Below, piece by piece: positions 27,192 through 36,068 of a DNA stretch of 64,000 nucleotides. Position numbers and translations under genes: made by a program. Source of the DNA: Draconibacterium orientale (lineage in GTDB: Bacteria; Bacteroidota; Bacteroidia; Bacteroidales; UBA1556); the NCBI GenBank assembly GCA_020718275.1, contig DYSI01000004.1, positions 3,518-67,517 on the forward strand, read 5' to 3'. Under the pieces are notes generated by a model. It saw only the letters and a program-made list of their open reading frames with translations, was not told the origin of the DNA and made no database searches. How positions within the stretch are numbered: position 1 is the stretch's first letter; each line of letters starts with the position of its first letter.

Positions 27192-29774
27192 ATGTTACAG
27201 AGAATAACTTTAATGATAATAATCCTGTTTGCATTAATAAACCAATCGCAAGGGCAAACTTATATCATGTCAAATGTTTCGGGACAAACCATTACTACTT
27301 GTAGTGGAAACTTTTATGACAGTGGTGGCCCAAGTGGAGGCTATGCTGCAGTCCAAACCTATACGGTTACTTTTTGTCCATCAACACTAGGTGCATACGT
27401 AAACATTAATTTCACTTCTTGGAATGTTGGTTCAGGAGATGCTATGGAAATTTTTGACGGACCAAACACCAGCTCCCCCTCCTATGGCGTCGTTAACGCA
27501 GGATTATCGCCTGTGGGCATGATAATCGGGGCCTCTATTCTCAACCCGAATGGTTGTATTACCCTTCGTTGGAATTCAACATCCGCAGCCGCTGGTTGGG
27601 CTGCAACAATAAGTTGTGGTTTACCTTGTCAAAATTTCACGGTTGGTATTCAATCAAGTATTCCTCCATTTCACCTCGATAGTGGTATTTATTACATCGA
27701 TATTTGTCCCCACGATTCAGTTAGCATCACCGCATTTGGCACCTATAATTACAACGACTCGGTTTATCATCAAAGCGATGCCACCACTTCTTTTATTTGG
27801 AACCTAGGAAATTATATCACCGACACCATTCAATCCGTTTCAACCGTTTATGATACCATTAGAGGATATAATGTTGAACTTTCAGCTATTGATTCAAATC
27901 ATTGTTTAGCTTCGCAAACTCCAAAAGTGCGTGTACGATTAAGCACTCGACCCGATTTTGATGGAACCACTCAAATTGACGAGGTAATATGTCAAGGCGA
28001 CACCACCAATTTATTTGGCGTAGCCAGTACTAAAATTTGGAAAGCCAATGCATCACTAAACCATGCCGGAATAACCTTTTTACCGGATGGTAGTGGCGCT
28101 TCCTATACTTCAACTTTAGTTTTTAACGTATTTGCTCCTGGCCAAGTTCTTCAAAACCCAAATCAAATAATTGGAATAAATGCGGTTATGGAACACAGCT
28201 ATTTAGGTGACTTAAACATAATCATCACTTGTCCAAACAATCAATCTGCTACCTTGAAATCATATGCTGGAGGCGGAGGCGGCACTTTCCTTGGTGAACC
28301 AGTTGACGATGCAAGTGTCACTGCTGGTGTTGGTTATAATTATTCATGGAAACCCAATGGTACCACAACCATGGTTTCGGCTGTGGGTAGCTATTCCCAT
28401 GCTTTTACAGATGCGATAGGAACTTATTATGCCAGCGCTGCTTATTTGCCACCTTCAGGACCATTCCCAGGAAATGCCACCGCAGTCGGTCCATTTCCTT
28501 CGGTAAATTATCTCCCCGAAACAAATTATTCTTCCTTAGTTGGATGCCCTTTAAATGGAACTTGGACCATCACAGTGACCGATAATCTATTTATTGATAA
28601 TGGCTACATCTTTAGTTGGGGAATCGATTTTGCAGCCTCAGTATTACCTACTTCTTGGTCTTATGAACCGGCTATTAGTTCCCAATCATGGAATAATATA
28701 AGTACAATCATTGCAAATTATGGCGGTCAAGTAACCATTTCACCTTCCGATACCGGTTTATATAATTATACTTATACCGTTGTGGATGATTTTGGATGTA
28801 CTTACGATACTACCGTTAAAGTAACTGTTGTGCCAACTCCAGAAGTTGAACTAGGAAATGACACCTTAATTTGTGGCTTTGGAATTGTCACCATTGATGC
28901 AACCAGTAGCTTGACTGGTGCTACTTATAGTTGGAATACGGGTAACTTAACTGCTATCCAACAAACCAATATTAGTGGAAATTATATCGCAACCGTTAGT
29001 TATTCAACCTTAGGCGCTGTTTGTTCTAATTCAGACACCTTACACGTTGACCAATATGACATGGCTACCCTTGACCTAGGCAACGACACTTGCGTATACG
29101 AACCTATTGAGCTACATGCCGGTAACTTAGGTCATAATCCTGCATTTTTATACAATTGGAGCGATGGAAGTACGGGCGAATCCTTGCTGGTTACGCAACC
29201 CGGCACCTATTCCGTTACCGTGGCAATTGACCCGAATACACCCTGTACTGTGGAAGATGAAATTAACGTAAGTATCTATAATGAAGCATTTTTAGGAGCA
29301 GATGAATCCTTTTGTAGTTTTGAAGAAATAGCCGTAGAAGTTCCCGTTGATAATTCCACCCTAAATCATAGCTACAATTGGAAAATGGATGGCAGTCCGC
29401 TAAATATTACCAACAACTTTTTTGCTCAGCGCTATATTTCAGCAGGAACACATACCTTAACTGTTAATGTTGACAATGGCTGTACTGACGAAATAATCCT
29501 AACATCCAAGGATTGCACCCTTGAAATTCCAAATATTATCACCCCCAATGGGGATGCTTCTAACGATGTTTTCAAGATCGATGGCCTTGAAAATTTCACA
29601 AACTCCGAATTAATTATCTATAACAGATGGGGCAAAAAAGTTTATCAAATATCTGATTATCATAATGATTGGGGAGATCCTTCTATTGCTGATGGAGTCT
29701 ATTATTATGTGCTAAGAACCACAGTAGCCGATAAAAAGGAATACAAGGGAACTTTGACCATTCTGAAGAAATAA
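27192..29774 (+). CDS. T9SS cargo protein with a CUB-like domain, a proprotein-convertase P domain and a type-B (CHU_C) C-terminal sorting domain
   Basis: 860 aa. Signal peptide. P-domain signature MEHSYLGDLNIIITCPNNQSATL ... GTWTITVTDN..DNGYIFSWGIDF. C-terminus IPNIITPNGDASNDVFKI...IYNRWGKKVY...GVYYYVL. Confidence 0.8.
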   Translation: MLQRITLMIIILFALINQSQGQTYIMSNVSGQTITTCSGNFYDSGGPSGGYAAVQTYTVTFCPSTLGAYVNINFTSWNVGSGDAMEIFDGPNTSSPSYGVVNAGLSPVGMIIGASILNPNGCITLRWNSTSAAAGWAATISCGLPCQNFTVGIQSSIPPFHLDSGIYYIDICPHDSVSITAFGTYNYNDSVYHQSDATTSFIWNLGNYITDTIQSVSTVYDTIRGYNVELSAIDSNHCLASQTPKVRVRLSTRPDFDGTTQIDEVICQGDTTNLFGVASTKIWKANASLNHAGITFLPDGSGASYTSTLVFNVFAPGQVLQNPNQIIGINAVMEHSYLGDLNIIITCPNNQSATLKSYAGGGGGTFLGEPVDDASVTAGVGYNYSWKPNGTTTMVSAVGSYSHAFTDAIGTYYASAAYLPPSGPFPGNATAVGPFPSVNYLPETNYSSLVGCPLNGTWTITVTDNLFIDNGYIFSWGIDFAASVLPTSWSYEPAISSQSWNNISTIIANYGGQVTISPSDTGLYNYTYTVVDDFGCTYDTTVKVTVVPTPEVELGNDTLICGFGIVTIDATSSLTGATYSWNTGNLTAIQQTNISGNYIATVSYSTLGAVCSNSDTLHVDQYDMATLDLGNDTCVYEPIELHAGNLGHNPAFLYNWSDGSTGESLLVTQPGTYSVTVAIDPNTPCTVEDEINVSIYNEAFLGADESFCSFEEIAVEVPVDNSTLNHSYNWKMDGSPLNITNNFFAQRYISAGTHTLTVNVDNGCTDEIILTSKDCTLEIPNIITPNGDASNDVFKIDGLENFTNSELIIYNRWGKKVYQISDYHNDWGDPSIADGVYYYVLRTTVADKKEYKGTLTILKK

Positions 29775-29854
29775 AAATATTTCAAAGGGGAAAATTTAAT
29801 AGGTAGGAAGTTGAAAAAGACTACCATAAATTTGCTGGTTTAATTTTCTGATGA

Positions 29855-30418
29855 ATGGGTTTTATTTCGCTCTTGCTGATTGCTATTTCTCTATCGTTCG
29901 ACACCTTTGCCGTTTCCATTTCAACTGGCATAGCAGTACGGCAAATAAAATTTTTTGAAGCCGTTAAAATTGCGTCTACCCTTGCTTTTTTCCAATCCAT
30001 TATGCCCTATATTGGTTGGTTCGCTGCCAGCAGCATCCAAACTGAAATTCAAGATTATGACCATTGGATTGCCTTTATTCTCCTTTTTTTGCTTGGAAGC
30101 AAAATGATTTACGACAACCTCAAGCATGCAGAAAATGTTCAAACATTCAATCCATACAAAACCTCCGTATTGATTTCAATGGGAATTGCTACCAGCATCG
30201 ATGCTTTAGTGGTAGGAATTACCTTCGGATTTTTGAACCTCAACATTTATTGGTCGGTGATGATTATTGGCATAGTAACCTTCTTTGCTTCGATGCTAGG
30301 AATGCTTTTCGGAAAACAAATCGGGAGCTTTTTCGATAAGAAAGTGGAAATATTTGGTGGCTTCTTGCTGATATTAATCGGATTAAAAATATTAATCGAA
30401 CATTTGTATTTCAGGTAA
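29855..30418 (+). CDS. mntP: manganese efflux pump MntP
   Basis: 187 aa. Two-repeat membrane protein with LSFDTFAVS and ATSIDALVVG motifs. Confidence 0.8.
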   Translation: MGFISLLLIAISLSFDTFAVSISTGIAVRQIKFFEAVKIASTLAFFQSIMPYIGWFAASSIQTEIQDYDHWIAFILLFLLGSKMIYDNLKHAENVQTFNPYKTSVLISMGIATSIDALVVGITFGFLNLNIYWSVMIIGIVTFFASMLGMLFGKQIGSFFDKKVEIFGGFLLILIGLKILIEHLYFR

Positions 30419-30718
30419 AAAGGATAACTATTGACTCTATTTATATTGGAATGGTGGTGGATTTATGAGCGATTATAGTGAAGCGAATGACTCTATCTTG
30501 GAAGGCATAGCAACAATTTTACGAATTATAGAGAGAATCACCATATTTATCTTATGACATAAAAAGATCACAGGTATCCAAGCATTTAAGAATTATATTC
30601 TTGCCTTGCTCGTTTTTATAGTGGCTATTTTGGAATTAAGAGAGACATTTAAGCACACTCAAAATACCGACTTCAAATTTTTTTTGCAAAATTTAGTTTC
30701 GTTACAAGGGAATTAATA

Positions 30719-30785
30719 GCTACTTTAGCAAGCTAATTTATTCAGAATCTTTAATTTAAAGAGGCATATTTGACGGACTGCAATT
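30719..30785 (+). repeat. left 67-bp direct repeat bracketing the R-M cassette
   Basis: GCTACTTTAGCaAGCTAATTTATTCAGAATCTTTAATTTAAAGAGGCATATTTGACGGACTGCaATT. It is 65/67 identical to 33177-33243. Weaker similarity extends about 50 bp upstream. Confidence 0.9.
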
Positions 30786-30869
30786 GGGCGTCTATGTAAA
30801 AAAAAACGTAGCCAAGTCAGAAAATCAACAATAAAAGCTTACTTTGCTAATTAAAAAAACCACAATTGA

Positions 30870-31633
30870 ATGAAAAATACATACGTAACCTTTATATCTG
30901 ACGAACATTTGTTGACCTGTGTAGGGAATCTTCACTGCGCATATTTGAAGGCAAAAAACAACATTACAAAGAAGAATTTTTACTCAAACAAGGTTGACAC
31001 AATCAAGCTTACTTTCGACTCAAAATTTAATGACATTGACGAAGAAAAGTTAATTCAATCAGAGATTTTAAGACAAATTGACAAATCAATCAATAATTCA
31101 ATCGGAACTTTTCACGAACAAATTTTGGGTGGTATAAAAGGTTTTGAAGCAGGAAATTTGAGCGGTTATGACATCAAAGCAAAGGACAACACGCTTTTTG
31201 CAGACATAAAAACAAACACAATACTACGAACAGTAGTGCAGCCGAAGCACTCTTTCAAAAATTAAAACGATATGCAGACGACTACAAACAAGCAAAATGC
31301 TATTGGGTACAAATTCTCGCAAAAGGTAGTTTTTGTGAATTATGGAGCGGTGATATAAATGGGAAAGAATACAGTCATAGCAGGGTTTGTAAAATTTCTG
31401 GCGACCAATTTTATGCCTTATTATCAGGACAGCAAGATGCATTGTTTCAGTTATACAAGGCTCTTCCAAGTGCAATCAAAGCCTATCTAAAAACAGTTGA
31501 AGAAACCGAAGAAATTGCTAAAAACTCTGCTTTAGAAGAAATTAAATCAGAAACCAAAACCAGTAGTAGAACAGTATTGGATCAGATTACTTTTGAGAAT
31601 TACAGCTACTATCTTGGCTTTAACAAGTTGTAA
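30870..31633 (+). pseudogene. type II restriction endonuclease gene, frameshifted (possibly Eco47II-like)
   Basis: Frame 0 (30870-31265) and frame -1 (open to 31633) join into about 254 aa if one A is added to the A5 tract at 31208-31212. That restores ...DIKNKHNTTNSSS.... The gene is convergent with the methyltransferase gene and overlaps it by 25 bp. Confidence 0.7.
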
Positions 31634-32853
31634 TATTGATTCAAGAACTTCACAATCGAATATCCGACCTCTTTACCTAAATTAACAGGAACAGCGTTTC
31701 CGATTTGTTTATATTGTTGAGCCATAGAACCCTCAAAAGCCCAATCATCTGGAAAAGTTTGGATACGTGCATATTCACGAACTGTAAAAGGTCGAGTTTC
31801 TTCAGGGTGACATCTTTCAGTTTGTTTTTGAGCAGGGCTACAAGTTAAAGTTAAACAAGGCTCATTCCAACCAATACGTCTTGCAATTCCAGTTTTTCCA
31901 CCCCCTAAATAAAAACTTTCACCCATAAACTCTTTTTGAATTTCAAGTGGTAAATCACGCCAATATCCTTTTTGCGGAACCAAATCTAAAACAGCCTTTT
32001 TGCTCTGTGGATATTTTGCACCAGATGACATTGGAACATTGGTATCGTAGAGTTCGCCTTTTTTTAAAGCATCTTTTAAATTGTAGATTTTATTGTGCGG
32101 TTTAGGATATTCATATTTCAAATCAATATCTTTTCTTATACCAACCAATATTATACGCTCGCGTTTTTGAGGTACTTTATAATTTATTGCTTTTAATACT
32201 TGAACAGGTAGAACATTGTAGCCAATTTCATCTAAAATTGAAATCATACCTTGCAAAGTTTTTCCATTATCGTGACTAAGCAAACCACGGACATTTTCTC
32301 CAATACAAATGGGTGGGTTAACTTCTTTGACAACTCTAGCAAACTCATAAAACAAAGTTCCCCTTGCATCAGCAAGCCCAAGTTTTTTACCTGCGTAACT
32401 AAATGCTTGACAAGGAAAACCACCAGTTACTACATCAACCGAATTATGATATTCTGTGAATTCAAAATCTTTAATATCGCCCTCCAACACTTTCCAGTTC
32501 GGACGATTTTTTCGTAAAGTTTGACAAGCCCACTTATCAATTTCATTCAAAGCAACACATTTCAAACCAGACTTTTCGAGACCAATAGCCAAACCACCAG
32601 CACCGGCAAATAATTCTAAAACAGTGTATTCATGATGTGGTTCAACATAGTTAGAAACAATATCTTCAACCTCATAACTAAAAAAATCAGCAAAAAGAGC
32701 CTCAACTTGTTCTCGCTTATAAACACGGTAGTTACTCATTGGCTCACGGACAGCAGTCAATTTTCCCTCTCTATCCCACCGTCTTAGTGTTTCTTTGCTT
32801 TTACCAATAAGTTCAGATGCTTCAGACAGCGACAAATATTCTTTCATAACCAA
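31609..32853 (-). CDS. DNA (cytosine-5)-methyltransferase with an N-terminal MerR-type HTH
   Basis: 414 aa. HTH LSLSEASELIGKSKETLRRWDREGKL. C5-MTase motifs I (LFAGAGGL), IV (GGFPCQAFS), VI (ENVRGL), VIII (QKRERI), IX-X (REYARIQTFPD, GNAVPV). Confidence 0.9.
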   Translation of the reverse strand: MVMKEYLSLSEASELIGKSKETLRRWDREGKLTAVREPMSNYRVYKREQVEALFADFFSYEVEDIVSNYVEPHHEYTVLELFAGAGGLAIGLEKSGLKCVALNEIDKWACQTLRKNRPNWKVLEGDIKDFEFTEYHNSVDVVTGGFPCQAFSYAGKKLGLADARGTLFYEFARVVKEVNPPICIGENVRGLLSHDNGKTLQGMISILDEIGYNVLPVQVLKAINYKVPQKRERIILVGIRKDIDLKYEYPKPHNKIYNLKDALKKGELYDTNVPMSSGAKYPQSKKAVLDLVPQKGYWRDLPLEIQKEFMGESFYLGGGKTGIARRIGWNEPCLTLTCSPAQKQTERCHPEETRPFTVREYARIQTFPDDWAFEGSMAQQYKQIGNAVPVNLGKEVGYSIVKFLNQYYNLLKPR

Positions 32854-33176
32854 GTTATTTAACCTTATACAATGGTTACAAATTTACAACTAATAATAAA
32901 ACTGACTACAATAAACGAAAGAAAAAAAACGAACACCAAATAACCATCCGCCCTTTGGCATGCAAAGCATAGAATGAAGGTATTATTGAACCAAATTTCT
33001 TCTACTCTCCATTCAATAGATACCTAGTAATGCTGTTTTTCTATGGATTTTGAATCCATTTAGGGAGTATTGTTGAAGTTAATGTTTTTGATTTTTTTGG
33101 GGCATTTTAACGAACCCTAAAAGTTCAGCTACAAATTTCTTTAAAAAGTAGAGCTGTTGTTACAATTGTTTTAATG

Positions 33177-33243
33177 GCTACTTTAGCGAGCTAATTTATT
33201 CAGAATCTTTAATTTAAAGAGGCATATTTGACGGACTGCCATT
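33177..33243 (+). repeat. right 67-bp direct repeat bracketing the R-M cassette
   Basis: 65/67 identical to 30719-30785 in the same orientation. Lies 209 bp upstream of the CDF transporter gene. Confidence 0.9.
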
Positions 33244-33452
33244 ATTTCATCAATGCAACCAATTCAACCCTATTATTTGCTCCACGGGCCTAGTTGCATC
33301 TATTTCTATAATTTTTGGAATGATTAACACAGCCCATCGCCTTCCTAGAAAATATTATCTCAAAAAAAATTTAAAATCCTCCTATAGGTTGTTAGTTGCC
33401 TTTTAATTTTTATTTGTAAAATCGCCAACGATAAATTAAACGAATATTTAAA

Positions 33453-34343
33453 ATGGAACACCATCACCATCAAAGTAGCCATATCGGGATCACGGTATTG
33501 CTAAATCTAATCATTACTATTGCGCAAGCCATAGGCGGTTTTGTGTCGGGGAGTGTTGCTTTATTGAGTGATGCAACGCATAACTTTAGTGATGTATTAA
33601 CACTGATTATCAGCTATATTGCAAATCGATTTTCAAAAAGAGAAGCGAATAACAAACACACCTTTGGCTACAAGCGATCAGAAATAATGGCCGCCTTTTT
33701 CAATTCCACCACTTTGATAATGCTTTCTTTTTTTATCATTTACGAAGCAGTGGAGCACTTCCTTTCCCAAGCCAAGATAGATTCAAAGTGGGTTATCTAT
33801 TTAGCAATTCTTAGCATCGCCGTAAATGGTTTCAGTGCTTTGCTTTTGAAAAAAGATGCCGAACATAATTTAAACATGAAATCTGCCTACCTCCATTTAT
33901 TCGGAGATATGATGACCTCCATCATGGTTTTGATAGGTGGTTTAGCTATGAAATACTTTCAGTGGTTTTGGGTCGATTCAGTGTTTTCGATCTTAATTGC
34001 CTTTTATCTTTTATTTCTAAGCTGGGAAATATTTATGAAATCTATTCGAATATTGATGCAGCACACCCCAGAAAACATTGATATAGAGGCAATCATCAGT
34101 CAGATAAATGGCATTGAGGGGGTCAAAAACTTACATCATATCCACGTCTGGCAATTGACCGACCACGAAACTATGTTCGAGTCGCATCTCGATATGGAGC
34201 ACAATCTAAGGATCACTGATTTCGAGGCAATACTTCAGAAAATCCAAGCTATTCTAGCTGATTTTGACATTCACCATTCAACCATTCAACCAGAATTGAC
34301 CACAGCGGATGATAAAAAATTATTTCAAACTCATCAACCATAA
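33453..34343 (+). CDS. cation diffusion facilitator family transporter (CzcD/ZitB-like)
   Basis: 296 aa. His-rich N-terminus MEHHHHQSSH. TM2 and TM5 metal-site motifs (LLSDATHNFSD, HLFGD). Confidence 0.85.
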   Translation: MEHHHHQSSHIGITVLLNLIITIAQAIGGFVSGSVALLSDATHNFSDVLTLIISYIANRFSKREANNKHTFGYKRSEIMAAFFNSTTLIMLSFFIIYEAVEHFLSQAKIDSKWVIYLAILSIAVNGFSALLLKKDAEHNLNMKSAYLHLFGDMMTSIMVLIGGLAMKYFQWFWVDSVFSILIAFYLLFLSWEIFMKSIRILMQHTPENIDIEAIISQINGIEGVKNLHHIHVWQLTDHETMFESHLDMEHNLRITDFEAILQKIQAILADFDIHHSTIQPELTTADDKKLFQTHQP

Positions 34344-34445
34344 TCACCTAAAACGACTTCCATTTTCAACAAAGTGATGTAGATAACATTTTCATAAACA
34401 AACCTTAGTTTTATTACCTTTGCTCCTAATTCGATTGAGATATTT

Positions 34446-35240
34446 ATGGCCATTATTACGCTTACAACTGATTGGGGAACAAAGGATCATTACCTTGCTA
34501 TTGTAAAGGGGAGCTTGTTGAGTAAGATTCCTGACGTTCAAATTATCGATATCACCCATGAAGTGCTTCCTTTCGATATTTATCAAGCATCCTTTGTTTT
34601 TAAAAATAGCTATCAACATTTTCCAGATGGCACCATTCATATTATAGGGATCAATAGCGACGCAAGCATCGACCGTCCACACATTGCCATTCATTATAAT
34701 AACCAATACTTTATTGGCGCTGATAACGGAGTTTTTAGCCTTATTTTTGGCCAACAACCCATTGATATTGTGGAACTTGAAATTATTCAGGACACTGATA
34801 AATACACCTTTTCAACCAAAGATGTTTTCGTTAAAGCTGCCCGACATCTCGCCTTAGGAGGTGATTTTGTACGCCTTGGTAACCACCGAAACCAAATAAA
34901 TAAGTTGATGTCGTTTGAACCCATTATTGAAATGGATGAACAAAGTGTTACCATTATTGGCAAAGTAATATACATCGACCGTTATGAAAATGCAACCACC
35001 AATATCAGCGAAGCACTTTTCAATGAATATGCTAAAAACCGAGCATTCGATATCACCTTTAATTCATTCAGTGGGGAATTGACAAGCATTTCAAAATCCT
35101 ATTTAGATGTTCCACCAAGCGAAATGTGCGCCCTCTTCGATTCCAATGGCATGCTTGAAATTTCAATCAATCAAGGAAATGCGGGCAGCCTTTTAGGACT
35201 CAAGGTAGACAGCAGAATCCGCATTAATATTGAAAAATAA
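34446..35240 (+). CDS. SAM hydrolase / SAM-dependent halogenase family protein (DUF62)
   Basis: 264 aa. N-terminal ITLTTDWGTKDHYLAIVKG and DITH motifs characteristic of the family. Confidence 0.75.
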   Translation: MAIITLTTDWGTKDHYLAIVKGSLLSKIPDVQIIDITHEVLPFDIYQASFVFKNSYQHFPDGTIHIIGINSDASIDRPHIAIHYNNQYFIGADNGVFSLIFGQQPIDIVELEIIQDTDKYTFSTKDVFVKAARHLALGGDFVRLGNHRNQINKLMSFEPIIEMDEQSVTIIGKVIYIDRYENATTNISEALFNEYAKNRAFDITFNSFSGELTSISKSYLDVPPSEMCALFDSNGMLEISINQGNAGSLLGLKVDSRIRINIEK

Positions 35241-35332
35241 GGCGCATTTTTCATTACTTTTGCCAGCTAAATTTTTTCGACCATTGTTATAGCTACTAAA
35301 ATATTTGCATTTCTATTAATCAAACCTAAAAT

Positions 35333-36064
35333 ATGTGGGCATTATTAAAAAAAGAAATAGGGAGCTTCTTCTCAACCATAATCGGTTATATTGTTATTAT
35401 TATTTTCTTACTAATCACTGGTTTATTTCTTTGGGCATTTCCCAGTGATTTCAACATTTTAGATTTCGGATACGCCCAACTCGACGGCCTTTTTCTAATT
35501 GCACCTTATGTATTTCTATTTCTAATTCCAGCAATCAGTATGAGGTCGTTTTCCGACGAGAACAAAAGCGGAACTATCGAATTTTTATTAACGAAACCGC
35601 TTACAGATTTTAAAATAATACTTGCAAAATTCAGCGCTGCCTTTCTACTGCTAATTATCGCCCTAATTCCCACACTAACTTATTATTTTTCAGTGTATTA
35701 TCTTGGCTTTCCCGTGGGTAATATCGACAGTGGAGGCGTTTTTGGAAGTTATATTGGGCTACTATTTTTAGGTGCAGCCTTTATTGCCATGGGCTTATTT
35801 TCCTCTTCCATCACCAACAATCAAGTGGTAGCATTTATTGTTGCAGTTTTCCTTAGCGGGTTTGTTTTTATAGGTTTTGAATTTGTTTATCAGCTTTCGT
35901 GGTTTGCCAATGCTGATTTATTAATCAAATCCATTGGTATTTATGACCATTACACTAGTATTAGTCGCGGAGTCATTGATACACGCGACCTTGTCTATTT
36001 CATAAGCATTATCAGCTTATTTCTATTTTTAACCAAGGTTTCATTACAAAGCAGAAAGTGGTAA
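35333..36064 (+). CDS. gldF: gliding motility-associated ABC transporter permease GldF
   Basis: 243 aa. ABC-2 type six-TM permease immediately upstream of gldG. The N-terminal KKEIGSFFSTIIGYIVI pattern is typical of GldF. Confidence 0.8.
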   Translation: MWALLKKEIGSFFSTIIGYIVIIIFLLITGLFLWAFPSDFNILDFGYAQLDGLFLIAPYVFLFLIPAISMRSFSDENKSGTIEFLLTKPLTDFKIILAKFSAAFLLLIIALIPTLTYYFSVYYLGFPVGNIDSGGVFGSYIGLLFLGAAFIAMGLFSSSITNNQVVAFIVAVFLSGFVFIGFEFVYQLSWFANADLLIKSIGIYDHYTSISRGVIDTRDLVYFISIISLFLFLTKVSLQSRKW

Positions 36065-36068
36065 ATCA

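Noticed and set aside
29775-29854. Possible yybP-ykoY (Mn2+) riboswitch upstream of mntP, suggested by AAAGGGGA near the start of the spacer.
   Set aside because: The spacer is only 80 nt. It lacks the conserved GGGGAGUAG, UUGACAUA and AGCAAGACC blocks and the four-helix architecture. The AAATTTA..GGTAG/CTACC..TAAATTT hairpin is better explained as a weak terminator of the upstream gene.
30555-30557. TGA recoding (Trp, Gly or selenocysteine) in the 83-codon frame.
   Set aside because: The well-supported gene at 12314-12805, among others here, terminates with TGA at the expected position. No SECIS-like hairpin follows. A decayed gene is the simpler explanation.
32870-32892. The GTTACAA motif shared by the methyltransferase upstream region and the sequences just left of both 67-bp repeats, considered as a possible recombination or operator site.
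   Set aside because: At this base composition a 7-mer like this is expected roughly a dozen times in 64 kb on the two strands. The co-occurrence is not significant by itself.
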